Origin: Vermamoeba vermiformis
Lineage: Eukaryota
Reading direction: 5' to 3'
Assembly: GCA_045837725.1 (NCBI GenBank)
Contig: JBEWZL010000152.1
Location: 124,001-188,000 of the forward strand
Length of the DNA: 64,000 bases
In this document: piece after piece, positions 38,907-52,161 of the stretch
How positions within the stretch are numbered: the stretch's first letter is position 1
Layout of the letters: each line of letters opens with the position of its first letter
The notes under the pieces: model-generated
The model's database searches: none
What the model saw: only the letters and a program-made list of their open reading frames with translations
What the model was told of the DNA's origin: nothing
Program-made: the position numbers and the translations under genes

Positions 38907-40640
38907 ATGGAGGTAAGGTCCAAATAACACGCACATCACGAACTTTACACGCTGAGCCTAATAAATCAATAAAAACCTTGAAATATTTCATTTAAAATTA
39001 TTACACCGCGATTTTTATTTTATTCTGAATTTTATTTCAGGTGTCAAGCGAATCTCCATCCGCATCCATTGCCGCTTTACCGAAGGAGTTACTGGCCGTT
39101 ATAATCAAGAGCATTCATCCCTACGACACAATATTTCTTCGAGCAACGAGCAAAGGGTTCAACAGGCTTTGCAAGGAGTTTCAACCATTCCCTCAGTTTC
39201 ACGTGCTGGATCAAAACAAGTGCATGGCTTATCTCATCGAGAATGGCTCCATATCATGCTTAGACTATGTCAAGAACGTATTGCACTTCGAATGGACGTC
39301 AGAACAATGCTTTAGTGCAGCACGATGTGGTCAAGTTGAAGTGCTCAAACATCTTCGTTCGAACGGCTGTCCGATTGATAATCCATCAGCGATTATCGAA
39401 TGCACCAAAGGAACATGCAATATTGATATGATCAAATACTTACACGAGAATGGTGCGTCTTGGAACCAAGTGGATCCGACGTCAAAGAACCAAATCTCTA
39501 TACCGAATTTTGGAGTCTTTGACCGTAACAACACCGTGCAAACAGTGACTGAGAATATGGCATTTCACGGTCACTTAGAGTGCCTTAAATATGCAGTTCA
39601 GAATGGTTGTGAAAACAAACAATTGTGGTACACGCCGTCGATCGAATGCTTGGACTTTGCCATCAATAACGGCTTTCTTTGGGGTGGTGGAATTGGCTCG
39701 CTCGTCCTTGGGACACGTAGCAGTATGATTCCCGTCAAAATGAACATTTGCGAAGAAGCTGCTCACCGAGGAGACCTCACCATACTTAGCTACGCACATC
39801 AAAAAGGAGCAGCGTTCAATAACAGCGCTTCATTTGCAACAAGAGAAGGACACCTTCAGTGTCTTAAATACGTTGTAGAAAACTCTGCTATGCCGTTGCA
39901 AAGAACTCCAGGAAATTTTGGCATCAAGACAATCGAGTGCTTGCAGTACTTGTTAGAGAAGTTAGATAGAGAAACAATTGACTTAAAATCACATACCATA
40001 TGGTCTTCAGCGGCAGCATCGATCGATTATCTCAAATTTGTTCATGACGTCAAGATCCCAGTGCCTTCATCACGACTCGAATCGTTGTTAGAAAAAGCAG
40101 CTTGGTCCATCGAAACATTCAATTTTATGCTTAATATCGTCAAGGTATCAAATCCAACGATGATTCTATTTGGTGCGTGTGCTGAAAACGGATATCTTGA
40201 AGCATTAAAACTCATTGACATGTCGCCCGGCGGAGATTTCAGCGGCATCGGCAAAACTTGCGATTAAACAAGCAATTCGATCGAAGATAGTGGCTGTATT
40301 GGAATTTGTATGGAATTACTTTCCAAATAAGGAAGAGTTCAGCAAGCACGAGTGGATTCTTTTAGTTTCTACGTCCACACCTGAAATACTCGATTTCTTT
40401 ACCAAAAAAGGAATGATATGGACTTCAGAGCACATCAAATTTGCAGCGGACGGCGGAAACTTGGCGAATTTGGCGTACTTGACGCGGATCGGATGTGAGT
40501 TAGCCTTGCATTGTAGCAGCAAATACTAATTTGTATTCATAGGCCAATGGAGCATCGAATTTAGGCCCATTTTTGCAACAGGCCATCATATGTGCATTAA
40601 GTACGCGCAAGAACACGGATGCAAGAAATTTCTACGATAA
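38907..40640 (+). CDS. F-box + ankyrin-repeat protein, copy A; apparent +1 frameshift at ~40226
   Basis: Micro-exon ATGGAG|gtaagg spliced to 39041; F-box LPKELLAVIIKSIHPYDTIFLRATSKGFNRLC; repeats such as WTSEQCFSAARCGQVEVLKHLRSNGCP; last exon CIKYAQEHGCKKFLR*. Confidence 0.8.
39167..39375 (+). repeat. 209-bp near-identical coding block shared by the three F-box/ankyrin genes (also 41011-41219 and, inverted, ~53433-53641)
   Basis: By-eye alignment: 4 mismatches between copies A and B, all synonymous. Confidence 0.9.
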
Positions 40641-40890
40641 TTTTGCCAACGTAAAAGCCAAGTTTAAAGTTTTATTTCGAACTGTATTTATTAAACAACA
40701 GAGCACACAGCTACACTGGGCTGACTGGAATAACTTGAACCGAATGGAGGAAAGTGAAGATTCGATAATTTTCCAATAAATTCGACGATAAATATTTAAT
40801 CAAAATATTATTTAATGCAAGCTAATAATCGGCTATATTATTATTGATAAATTGCGCCATCTGCCCTATTTTTAAAATATTTATTTTCAG

Positions 40891-42498
40891 GTGTCAAACG
40901 AATCTGCATCCGTTCTCACTTTGCCGAAAGACGTGTTAGGTCTTATTGTCAAGCATACGCATCTCTACGACACAATATTCCTACGAGCAACAAGCAAATG
41001 GCTCAACAAGCTTTGCAAAGAGTTTCAACCTTTCCCTCAGTTTCACGTGCTGGATCAAAACAAGTGCATGGCTTATCTCATCGAGAATGGCTCCATATCA
41101 TGCTTAGACTATGTCAAGAACGTATTGCACTTCGAATGGACGTCAGAACAATGCTTTAGCGCAGCACGATGTGGTCAAGTTGAAGTGCTCAAACATCTTC
41201 GTTCGAATGGCTGTCCGATACATGAACAAACAGCTCTTGCTGCGTGCACTCAAGGCACGTGCTCGTTGTCAATGATCAAGTACTTGCACGAGAGCGGCGT
41301 ATCTTGGGACCAGCTAGATCCAAATGCCGAAGGCATGCAAGCTGAGGCCCATCTAACGTCAGACATGGCACAACACGGCCACATTGATTGCATCAAGTAC
41401 GCAGTTCAAAATGGCTGCGACGACAGGAAAACACATTACACGCCTTCGATTGAATGTTTGGACTACTTGATCCAAAACGATTTTGACTGGAGAGACAAAT
41501 TTAACCCAACACTAGGGCCTAGTCAAAAACGGATTAAAATGACATCTTCTAAACTAAGCATTTGCGAAGAAGCAGCTGGTCGAGGTGATCTAACTATGCT
41601 CAAATACGCTCATCAGAATGGAGCCCCGCTGAATGATAGTGCCATGGTCGCAGCCAAAGAAGGCAAGCTAGATTGTCTTATTTACGCAATAGAGCACGGC
41701 GACAGCAAGCAAGTTATACCGCATAACATCAAGACTATCGAATGTTTCAAGTACTTGCACAATAAGTTCGGATTCGACGCGGTGACAAAGAACTTTCGTT
41801 GGTTTCATCCGATTTCAAGTGGCGTGGAATATCTTCAATTCTTATGCGACATTAATGTCCCGCTGCCTGGTGCCGTGGAGCCAGATAGTGATGAAGCCAG
41901 GATCGAACGGATGATTGCATTTTCAAAGGCCGCGGATAAGTTTGAAACGTTCAAATTTGCCCTCGATCACTTCAAATTTCCTTCACCAACGTCATATTTG
42001 TATTACCCATGTGCTAGAAGCGCTAATTTAGAAGGCTTGAAAATGCTGTTTGAACGAAACATTCCTTTTGCTACAACGAAAGAAGAGGAGAAAAATGTGG
42101 TCAGCTTAATTGGCAGTGCTATTAGCTCGAAGAACTTGGACGCGATGAAATTTATATGGGACAAATTTTCCAAGATCGACGGATTTAGCATGGAAACGGA
42201 TTGGCTGGACGAGGCAGCGATGTTTTCGGCCCCTACTATCCTCAATTTTTTGACGGAAAAAGGAGCAAAATGGGATTCAAAACACCTTCAACATGCTGCA
42301 CGTAACCAAAATTTGCCTAATTTGGCATATTTGACGAAGATCCAATGTAAGAACCAAAAAAAGGTTTTGCTTTGAAACGCCGAATCTTTCTAACAATTAC
42401 TAAATTTAGGTCAATGGAACGAAACGCCGTGTCAATTAGACCAAGGCAACATTTGCGTCAAATACGCACGAGAACACGGTTGTACGAAATTTCAATAA
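40891..42498 (+). CDS. F-box + ankyrin-repeat protein, copy B; first exon/start uncertain
   Basis: 494-codon ORF starting right after the acceptor ttttcag; F-box LPKDVLGLIVKHTHLYDTIFLRATSKWLNKLC; ankyrin-like repeats; last exon CVKYAREHGCTKFQ*. Confidence 0.82.
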
Positions 42499-42882
42499 AA
42501 AAAACTATTTGTTTATCTCACTCGATCAATTAGAGTCAAATTATACAACGTGCAAGTCATAACACACCATTATAATAAACATATGGTGGGTTGAGATACA
42601 ATTCGGACCGTACACCTCGAAAACCAGATCAAGACTAAAAGACTAAAAGATCAGCGTTTCCGTTCTTGGCTAAAATATCGCGTAAAAATATTTATTTTGC
42701 TCGAAAATTTTAATGGTAAGTAACAATAATTTTGTCGCTTTTTGCTGAGGAAATAAAAGTGGAACCGGATGTAAATAATTATTAAAAAATTATGCAGCAA
42801 TTCAAAAATCAATCGTAATAGCAGCAATCATTATAATTAATTCCCAGAATATTTCTTAAATATTAATTAAGTTTATTACCAG

Positions 42883-44259
42883 ATGAAACCGATCAGCATC
42901 AGAACGCAAGAGGAGATTCACGATGCTATTTTCAACGAGCAAGAATATATTATAGATCCTACCCTCGAGGAACTCTCCTTAATGTGTTATTATCCACAAC
43001 TAGTAATTTCCTTAGAAACAGCAAAGTCAATAGCCGAAAAATTAAAAAACCACAAAGCCCTCACAAAAATTCAAATCGACGGTCATCCATTGTGCTACGA
43101 CTCAGCCAGATTGATATGCAGAGCATTGGCTACTATAGAGACCCTAAAAGAAGTCGCGTTCATTGATACATTTACATCACCGGATGCGATGAGATGGATC
43201 GTGGAATTAATTAACGCAAAACCGAAGCTAAAATCACTAATACTAGATGATAATATAATATTTACGTTTATGAATTCAAAAGAATTATTTTCAGCCTTAG
43301 AACTATCACAACTAGAAGAATTGAGGATCCTCAGCAATATTATTGGTGAGAACGAAGACACAATAGACCTGTTGGCAAATTTCCTAAAAAGGAATAATTC
43401 ACTGAAAATTTTTGCCGTGGGAGAACTACAACCGACCCCCGGTAAAATAAGTGATAGCGGATGGGCCAAAATTTTTGATGGACTTGCTGAAAATAGTTCA
43501 ATAACAAGGCTTAAATTATATGGATATGTTAGTGGAGATATAAGCATAGCGAGATTAGTGAATTGTTTCAGGATTAACAAACACTTGACGGATCTGGATT
43601 TGGCTAGAAGCAAGTTAGCGGATCCACACATCGTTTCGCTCATCGAATCGATTATGGCTACTGATAGTATACAATATTTAGACCTATCATCGAATGATAT
43701 AGCAGCTCAAGGCCATCAAACTCTTGCCAAATATTTGGCGCGAACAAATTGGCTCGTTTATTTGAACGTTTCATTCGGCGAAAATAGAGGACTGAGATAT
43801 TTATGGGAAGGAATTAAAAAGAATTCAACTTTATTGCATTTAGAAATGTACGGCATATCAAAAGAAACTTTTCATATTTCAGATGCGGAACGAAGTTTAC
43901 TGGTACATCCGACAATTTTGGAGTTTGAATGTGACAGCTTTATGATGGGCAAATATAACCCATTCACGGAGAAATTACAAGAAAACAAAAAGAAAATTCG
44001 AAGAAGTCGCAAAGATATCACGTTTATTGTCTTAATGCTGGCGAAAGGTCTCGCGAGATCTAATTTTCCACCCGAGATCTGGTTATTAATATTACATCAC
44101 GTTACTATCCCATCGTACACTCGTCTTGCTAGAGCTAGTCTATTATTCGATTGCATCATCAAGCATTACGACGAGATTTTTGGACGGATCGAACGAAGAG
44201 AAAAATTCAAAATCATCCAACATAATACTACCTTCGAAATTTACTTGGACAATAATTGA
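42883..44259 (+). CDS. RNI-like (NLRC3/RanGAP-type) leucine-rich repeat protein with C-terminal F-box-like motif; coding region intronless
   Basis: 458-aa ORF with ~28-aa repeats (LKSLILDDNII, NSSITRLKLYG, LTDLDLARSKL, IQYLDLSSNDI, NSTLLHLEMYG); tail FPPEIWLLILHHV. Confidence 0.85.
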   Translation: MKPISIRTQEEIHDAIFNEQEYIIDPTLEELSLMCYYPQLVISLETAKSIAEKLKNHKALTKIQIDGHPLCYDSARLICRALATIETLKEVAFIDTFTSPDAMRWIVELINAKPKLKSLILDDNIIFTFMNSKELFSALELSQLEELRILSNIIGENEDTIDLLANFLKRNNSLKIFAVGELQPTPGKISDSGWAKIFDGLAENSSITRLKLYGYVSGDISIARLVNCFRINKHLTDLDLARSKLADPHIVSLIESIMATDSIQYLDLSSNDIAAQGHQTLAKYLARTNWLVYLNVSFGENRGLRYLWEGIKKNSTLLHLEMYGISKETFHISDAERSLLVHPTILEFECDSFMMGKYNPFTEKLQENKKKIRRSRKDITFIVLMLAKGLARSNFPPEIWLLILHHVTIPSYTRLARASLLFDCIIKHYDEIFGRIERREKFKIIQHNTTFEIYLDNN

Positions 44260-44618
44260 CAAGGTAATTCAACTCCATTAACTATACTATAACCGTTTGA
44301 TTACGTTAACTTACAAGATCTCGTTGTGTGTCAAACTCTCTAACGGTTTTTTTTTTGCTAGATCCAGCGCTGCTCCACTTTTCCGAGACTTTCACATGCA
44401 ACAGTATAATTATGCACCTTAGTGCTACTAGTATGTGATTACAATACGAGTTCACATATTTAAACTTCAAAATCATGAAATGACACGCTGTGACATGAAG
44501 CCAAAAGGCCACAAAAGCACGTGGCGGACAAAAGAAGTGTACGACTGAGACCATTATAAAAGCTTTGTTAATTTTAACGTTGCAACGGAGAACCGCACCA
44601 CAAGAGAATTGAACCGAA

Positions 44619-46784
44619 ATGCAGCCTTGGCCAAAATCTAGAAGTTTTTTGTTGGCGATTATTCTTTGTTACGTTGGATGTACCTACGCGACGCTAACAA
44701 TTAACGGAGGAGCGTTCGGCAATATGACTCTACAGTCTGGACAATATTATTGGAAGGGTAAGCTGACTTTTACGTGTAAACTTACAACTTGTAACGAAAT
44801 CCAATAATTTTTGGGAACCGTGTGATGTCTATAAGACTTATACTAAGGCATATATATTTAGGTGATGATTGGAGTCTGAATTTTGAACCTGTTACTGGCC
44901 AGCTAGCAGATTCGTCAATGCAAGATCTGACCGGCAAAATCGTCTTTCAAGAGTTCTTGGGCAATCGTGACTGGCTACCTCGCATTAAGCAGATTCAAAG
45001 TGCAGGAGCTATAGTCATATTATACGGCACGGATTCGCGTAAGTTTCAATATGGAAGATTACAATGGCGCTTCATTTTTTTTTTCTAAATTTAGAAAAGT
45101 CCAGATTTGCTTTTGACTCAGTAGATTCTAATCTTTAAACATAATATAGTCGTCTCCGGACAATACGGATGTGCTTTGACCGCAGCTGAGCCTACCGGAC
45201 AAATTACTATTCCCGTTGCCGAGATCAATCAAGGCGAGTTTGCTGAAATCCGACAGGCGGTTTTAAACGGCACGATTATCGAAGCGACATTAACTTCAGA
45301 AGGTATGTTATATGTAAATATTATATACTGAATCATATCATGAAATTTTATCGCACATTTCCTGTGGTCTGTTTTTGGATCCTGCAATATTTTTTATAAT
45401 TAAAAATCTGGTACTGGCATCAATTTTAATCGCTTTTTTTGAAATTATAGGAAATCCTTGGAACTTATTAGGCGGAGTTGCCGTTATAGTCGTATTTAGA
45501 GCCATTTTTACGGCAGTTTCGGTCGGGCTGATCGGATACGCAACTTACAAATTGGTTTGGTTTGTTCGCTATCAAAGACCTCAATTTAATGTTCCGCAAG
45601 TTGTTCTTGGCTTAGAGATTATAGCTAATTTACGTAAGTCCTATTTAAATTTCGGAATTAATTGCGATTGCACGAGATAATTTTTTATTCGCCTTGTGAA
45701 ACCGTTATTTAATGCAATTCTCGCGGGATTAGCCGTGCGTTTATACTATATACTTAAATATGACATTAATAATACTATTGTTTAGTCAGAATCGCGTATT
45801 TTGCGGTCGATCCGTTTGCGTGTTTTGGAAACTACGGAATCGCTACAAACTTCTTAACAACGATTAGCTTTCCATTTGAAGTTGCCACATTTGTATTAAT
45901 TACGTTTTACTGGTAAGTGTCAATCTTTGAGTCCTGCGGAATTTTTAAAAATTCGGATTTGAATCTTGTGGATCCAAACATTATTAATTACGGCGGAAAA
46001 ACAAGCCGATTGTTTCGAATTAATTATTGCGACGTAAATGTAATTAATTACGTTATTTAATGCAGGTTTGAAGCGGTCACAAATGCATCCATCACAATTT
46101 ATCCGTTCGTCGACAGATTCAAACCATTTTTCTTTGCTTTTACGATCATATTTATCGCGGTGATTATACTCGTTAGTGTCTTAGGATACTTTCTAGCATT
46201 TTCAATCACAACACCGGTGATTATTATCTACGTCATCGTATCTTTGGCCTTTTTAATCTTTTACATCGTGACGGTGGTCAAGATCGTAAAGAAAATTTCT
46301 AAATCAAACAATTTACGTCAAAAGAAGACTAAGGCACTTACGGAGGTACGTTACATATTAAATTTCAAATATTTAATTGCATCAGATCCGATTTTAATTG
46401 AAAATTTGCATCAAATCACCAAAATTAAATTTAGACCGGACAAATGTACACATATTACGTCCTATCGTATCTAATAGATTATAATAGGTCAATACGAAGA
46501 TTATCGTAAACGGCATCATTCGCATGTTGTCCCTGATCCCGATCATAATTTACGTCTCGCCCGAGATCGCAACAGTTCCAATGCCACAACTCGTCGGATC
46601 CGTATTCATTTACGCTATGATCATGCTCGATTCATGGGGTAGAATATATTTATTCAAAGAGCCTCACCGTAGCAAGTCTTCAACGGGAGGATCTAACTCG
46701 AAGAAATCGGAACAATCTGGAGTCACCGGATCCACTGCCAAAGCTGAGATGGGCGACACTCAAGCACCGGATACTCAAGTATAG
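44619..46784 (+). CDS. Signal peptide + PA-like domain + 7TM receptor-like protein, paralog 2; 7 exons
   Basis: Same intron positions and motifs as paralog 1: QYYWKG|DD, LTGKIVF, GQYGC, IPVAEI, FNVPQV, DPFACFG, ITFYW, DSWGRIYLF. Confidence 0.87.
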
Positions 46785-47239
46785 AATGTTAGTACTATTA
46801 TTACTTGTACCATAGCAAAAAAAAGGTCAACCGATAAAACCTACTTGAAAACCAGATCCGGATCTGAGCAACCACAACATCCGTATTATAATATATTCAT
46901 AAGCTTTGCTAATTTAGTATTCATATATAACAAATGGCTCACCTTTAGCGAAAGAATGCATCTCTAGGCTGATCGCGGGAAGTTGAATTTGCCAGCAACC
47001 ATCAGCCCTGTTGCATATAGGACGAACTGTATTTTTCTTCGAAAAACGACGAGTAGTATAAGTTATACTAGTAAATATGTTAAAGGAACCATAGTAGGTT
47101 TCCTCCATAGATGTTCGGCGGGATCGAATCATTCTACTGACAAATTCATGAAGACGTCGAATAAAATTCAATTTGATAAAACTATTTACATTCAAATTCA
47201 CGCTGCATTTTTGATTTCGAGATGAAATTTCTTCTAATT

Positions 47240-48652
47240 TTAAAGTTGACCTTGTCTCGTAAGCGCTAAACTTTTCTGTCGTTCCATTTCAAGCTGCACT
47301 TTTAACCTTCTATTCTCTTCTCTTAATCGTTCAATCATCGACACTACTTCTGGCTCACTCGGCGCAATTTGTACGACATTCGTATTGGCCTGCAATTCTT
47401 CGATGATCTGATCTTTTTGGTACAACTGCGTCACTAAAGATTTAATCTCGTGGTCCTTGGCTTGCATTAGTTTTTCAATAGAGCCCTAGTATATGTAAAT
47501 ATTAGTGAGTTTGAGCGATAATTAACATTACACTCTTTCGTTTTTGCACCTCTTCGGGCGGTGGTGCTTGAACACTTTGGATGTGCTCGTTTGCGTTCTC
47601 GAGCTCTTGCGTAAGCTCTAATATTTGCTTTGATAAGGTATGTTTCTGTTCCTCTAAATATCGAATGTATTCGCCTTGCTTGGTCATCAAATCCGAATCC
47701 ACATCCTCCGCGAAACTAGATCCAAATTTAATTTCAGTATTATTGCTTAAAATTTCAATAATACATACTCATCGTCATTAGCATTGATATCGTTGAATTG
47801 TTTCTGCGAAGTAAAGAAAGATTCGGTCACATCTGGCGACTTTCTCAGACCATTATGTCGTACAACTTGATCTGCAACAAAAAGTCACGATCTAATGCTA
47901 CTATATCAATATAGTAATATACGTACATGAATACATGATGTAGCAAGGCAATGTAATAGCATTTTCGACCGTTACAAGCACTTGTAGCGCCACTAAAGCC
48001 GAGAAATGTTCCTCGCCTTGATCCGCAGGCCAAGTTGTCGCAATTAGCACTACAATAGCGTTGCCTATATAATATATTAATATTAGCTATATTATCTTAA
48101 TCATGGAAATTTTGAACGAATTTTCAAGGATCTGATCTCGATCGACTTTAGCACATCAAGCCCAACAAGATTTTAATTATGAAATTAAATATGATCTTCA
48201 TAATATTATAGTGCTATTACTTACCTACAGACCAAATATAGGACGGAATTTGAATAAGACTGTGAGATCGTCTGTAAAATTGAAGATAACCAGCTAATCT
48301 CACTCGTCGGTGAAAGAAGTTGATATATGCATTCAATAGCATAATAATAAAATATGCAAATACGTGCAATATACTTCTAAATACGAAAGGAGTGAACTTT
48401 GTGCCAATCGAGGTGAAACTATCGACATCCAAAAATAAATAAATATTGTAAGCGGTCTAAAAATAAAACACATATTAGAATATGCATTATATAATGAATA
48501 GTATCGAGGAAAATTACCAAAACAATAAACTGTAAAATTACAGCCCATAAAGTAGGAACAGAAGTGAATCTGTGCTTGTCGACGTCTTCATCATCTAAAG
48601 GGAATGGTATATGCACCGAAAATAGCTCTTGCGACTCTTCGTAGACTTCCAT
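47240..48652 (-). CDS. TMEM192: TMEM192-family (lysosomal) membrane protein with C-terminal coiled coil
   Basis: Spliced HRRVRLAGYLQFYRRSHSLIQIPSYIWSV|GNAIVVLI; YQVVRHNGLRKSPDV; SDLMTKQGEYIRYLEEQKHTLSKQILEL, the characteristic TMEM192/plant FIP1 motifs. Confidence 0.8.
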
Positions 48653-48966
48653 ATTGCATATGTGGTATCTTCTTGATACAAATCCGAGAGAAACGTGCAA
48701 GCGCGCAAAATAGAAATTCTATTCTGGACGTAAGGTTAGCTTTGACATTATTAAGTTAGTGTATATACGTAAGTATACTTATAACATCCCAAGGCGTAAT
48801 AAGCTTCCAACACTCTCGAAAACTGGATAGCAGTCAGATTTGGCTTTGACTTTGAAAAAAGCGGATGATTTTTATTTGAATTTATTAGCCAAGTACAGAA
48901 ATAACTCTATCTGCAGATAGGACTAGGTCATTTAAGGTTTATTGTGTATGGAAGTTATAAATAAAC

Positions 48967-51520
48967 TTAAAAGTACAGGAAACCATAGGAGCAAATTACA
49001 ACACGTGCTGGGATCAGTTTTAGGTTGGTCAGAACTGTTTGCGAGTTGGCCAGTTCAACGTCATCACGAGGCGAAGAAGTCTTATGAGAGCTCGTATTGG
49101 TACCAGTCTTCTGCGAATTTGTGTTGGTGCCAGTTTTTTGACTTTTGCCGGTGCCAGTAGCCGAGGACTTGGCTTTCGTAGGCTCTCTGAACAAATAGAT
49201 CCGAGCCCACGAGTCCAACAGCACCATGGCGTAGATGAATACTGATCCGATGTAATGTGGTTCAGGCACGCTTGAAATTGTTGGGACACTGAAGACAAGG
49301 ATCGGAATCAACGTGCAGACTCGAATTACACCGTTGATGATTATCTTCGTGTTGATCTGAAATAGATAATGTTAGTACACTGTGCTCAATCTAATCGTTG
49401 ACTAAACTGGTCTTAAACTTAAACGAGTATAATTGAGAGATGGAGTTGCGCTGAAACTGACACGTGTCTTAAATATTTTTCACGTGTCAAAATGTCAACT
49501 TCAAGCTCATGGTTGATTGTTTAAAGAGGAAATTTTCTGCTCAAGTCGCGCAGATATTCAATGCCGATATGTCGCTGAAAATGACACGTGTCAAGTATGC
49601 TTGTTTCACACACGCAGAATTTTCATATTTGTACGAGCGTGGTGCATGGAGAACTAGTATATAGTTAAAAATTATTCGGTAGTTACTTCAAAAAAAGCCA
49701 ACGATTTTAAGTTTGCGATTTTGGACTTACCTCTTCAAGAATTTGTTTCTTCTTCTGTCGCATGGTCTGAGACTTGGCCATCTTGCGCACAATTTTTACG
49801 ACAGTGACGATGTAAAAGATTAGGAACGCTACTGATACGATCAAATATACGATGATCACTGGCAATGTAATCGGCAAGGCGATGACGTAGCCAAGAACTG
49901 AGAGCAGGAGCATTAAGATGATAAAACCGATGGTGAATGCAAAGAAGACTGGTCGTAGTCGGTGCAGGAATGGATAGACGCTCAGTGACGCGTTGTTGAC
50001 TGCTTCGAACCTGAAATAAACAACGATTGGTTGTCAAAAATTTGAAACTTTAACGTATAACATATTAATCAAATATAGGTTCATAGCATCATAATTTCGA
50101 TAAAATAGGTGCGAAACGTTTTTCCGCTGAAAAATTTTTGACATTGAACGGAGAAAAATTTGACACGAGGCATCCGCTTTTTTTAGTTAAAATGATGTTC
50201 CTATTCTCCGCGTTCCGATAATGTCATACATTAAGACTTACCAGTAAAAAGTAATCAGGACAAAGGTTGAAACTTCGTAAGGCAAACTGAGTGTCGTTAA
50301 GAAACTCAACGCATCCCCGTAGTATCCGAAACATGAAAACGGGTCGACCGCAAAGTAAGCTATGCGAACTATAATAATAATGTGGCTATCAGTAAAGAAC
50401 TGAAAGTAGAATTAATAATTATTTTTGTTAGTGTTTGCACACAAGATGAAACACTGAAATTATTTCTTTTAAGCCAATAGTACTTACTTAAATTCGCTAC
50501 TATCTCGAGGCCTAAACATACTTGAGGTACATTGAATTGATGCCCTTGTCGGCGCACAAACATTACGAGTTTGTAAAGAGCAAATCCGATCAGACCAACC
50601 GCGGCCGCGGTGTAAATAACTCTGAATACGATTATAACAGGTATACCACCAAGTATTTGGTTCCATGGATTGCCTGTACTCAACGTGAATATATATTATA
50701 AAGAATTAAATTCAATTGACCGATCGCCAGATCCGGATTCGGTGTAATAAAATTTTCAACTTTGAGAAACAATAGCCAATATACTTAATGTGCGGTACTT
50801 ACCTTCAGAGCTAAGAGTAGCTTCTACATCAGTAATTGACCCATTCAGCAAGGCCTGTCGAATTTGTGCGAATCTGACGGTTGCGATCTCGGCGACGGGA
50901 ATTTTAACGGTGCCAGTTGGTCTCGCACCTGTCAATGCACATCCATATTGACCAGATACGACTAAGGTAGAAGTAAATAAATAACTATAATGTATGACAC
51001 AAATCAAGATTGGGTATAAAAAAAAATACTTGGGGGCGGATGTATCCGTTCTTTGCCCCAAACTTACTCGATTCAGTTCCATATATGACAGCTATAGCAC
51101 CTGCTTCTTGAATATTCAATATGGCTTGCAACCAATTACCGACAGCCAAAAACTTTTGAAAAACGATTTTGCCCGTCAGATTTGTCATTGTTGAGTCAGC
51201 CAGCTCGGCGGTAACCGTATCAAATACCATATTGATATCATCGCCTAATAGTACGAATGCAAATTAGTATTTCGAATGATTACCGTTCGCCGCGGCCGAA
51301 ATAAATCGATCCAAATTTTCCGGATGCAGTCTCCTTCTGTTGCAACTTCTGAACGGACTCTACGAGAAGATAATATATGCATACCTTTCCAATAGAACTG
51401 TGCGGTAGGGATACTAACGTTAGCAAACGGTCCCGTGTTAATTGTCAGCATGGCCATTGCACTGGAGCTGAAACAAATGACCAAAAGCACCACGCAAATT
51501 GAAACGAGTGTTGAACGCAT
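48967..51520 (-). CDS. Signal peptide + PA-like domain + 7TM receptor-like protein, paralog 3; 7 exons
   Basis: MRSTLVSICVVLLVICFSSSAMA; QFYWKG; LTGKIVF...GAIAVIYG; GQYGC; DPFSCFG; ITFYW; DSWARIYLF; tail with SQKTGTNT x2. Confidence 0.87.
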
Positions 51521-52161
51521 TACATACAGTCGTATAATATAATAGTATAATATAATAGTATAGTGGGATAAGAAGGCCAATGTGGTAGATCTGTTGAGTT
51601 GTTGGTATATTGTTAACCTTTCTAAATTTTAATTAGTGAAAAGAACACACAATGGTTGACGTATTTCATACGAGACTTGCGATTGGTCACATTTTTGTAG
51701 CAGTCACGTGGTCATAATGGACTGCAAAGATTGAAGAGTCACGTGGCTGGCACACAAATTATGATTGGGAAGTCATTGTTTTGTAATAATCGAGCACCTA
51801 ATATTATCGCTAGAATACTATTATTAATATTAATAATTAATTACGCCGAGAATAACGAATGTTTACACTTACAGTTGAACAAAGTTAATCCGGATTAATG
51901 AAATTTGGTAGAATAATTATATCACATAAACTTAATTTTTAGAGTATCTGAAGCACAAAGAAATTAATTTCGAATTTTTACCTCATTTTTCGAGCTAACT
52001 AAACCGGATTTGATCTCGATCTTAGTCTTGCTCCATTTACCGAGTTTTTGTTCATATTAATTTGAGTTTACAACGAATCTTAACGTGTTTGATTCAGGAT
52101 TTGTATTTAGTACCAGTTGTGTTATGCGCAGATTGGTTAAAAATAAATAAGTGTTTTTTAA

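Noticed and set aside
46914-47225. Overlapping short ORFs between 7TM paralog 2 and TMEM192
   Set aside because: No homology cues; consistent with convergent 3' UTRs
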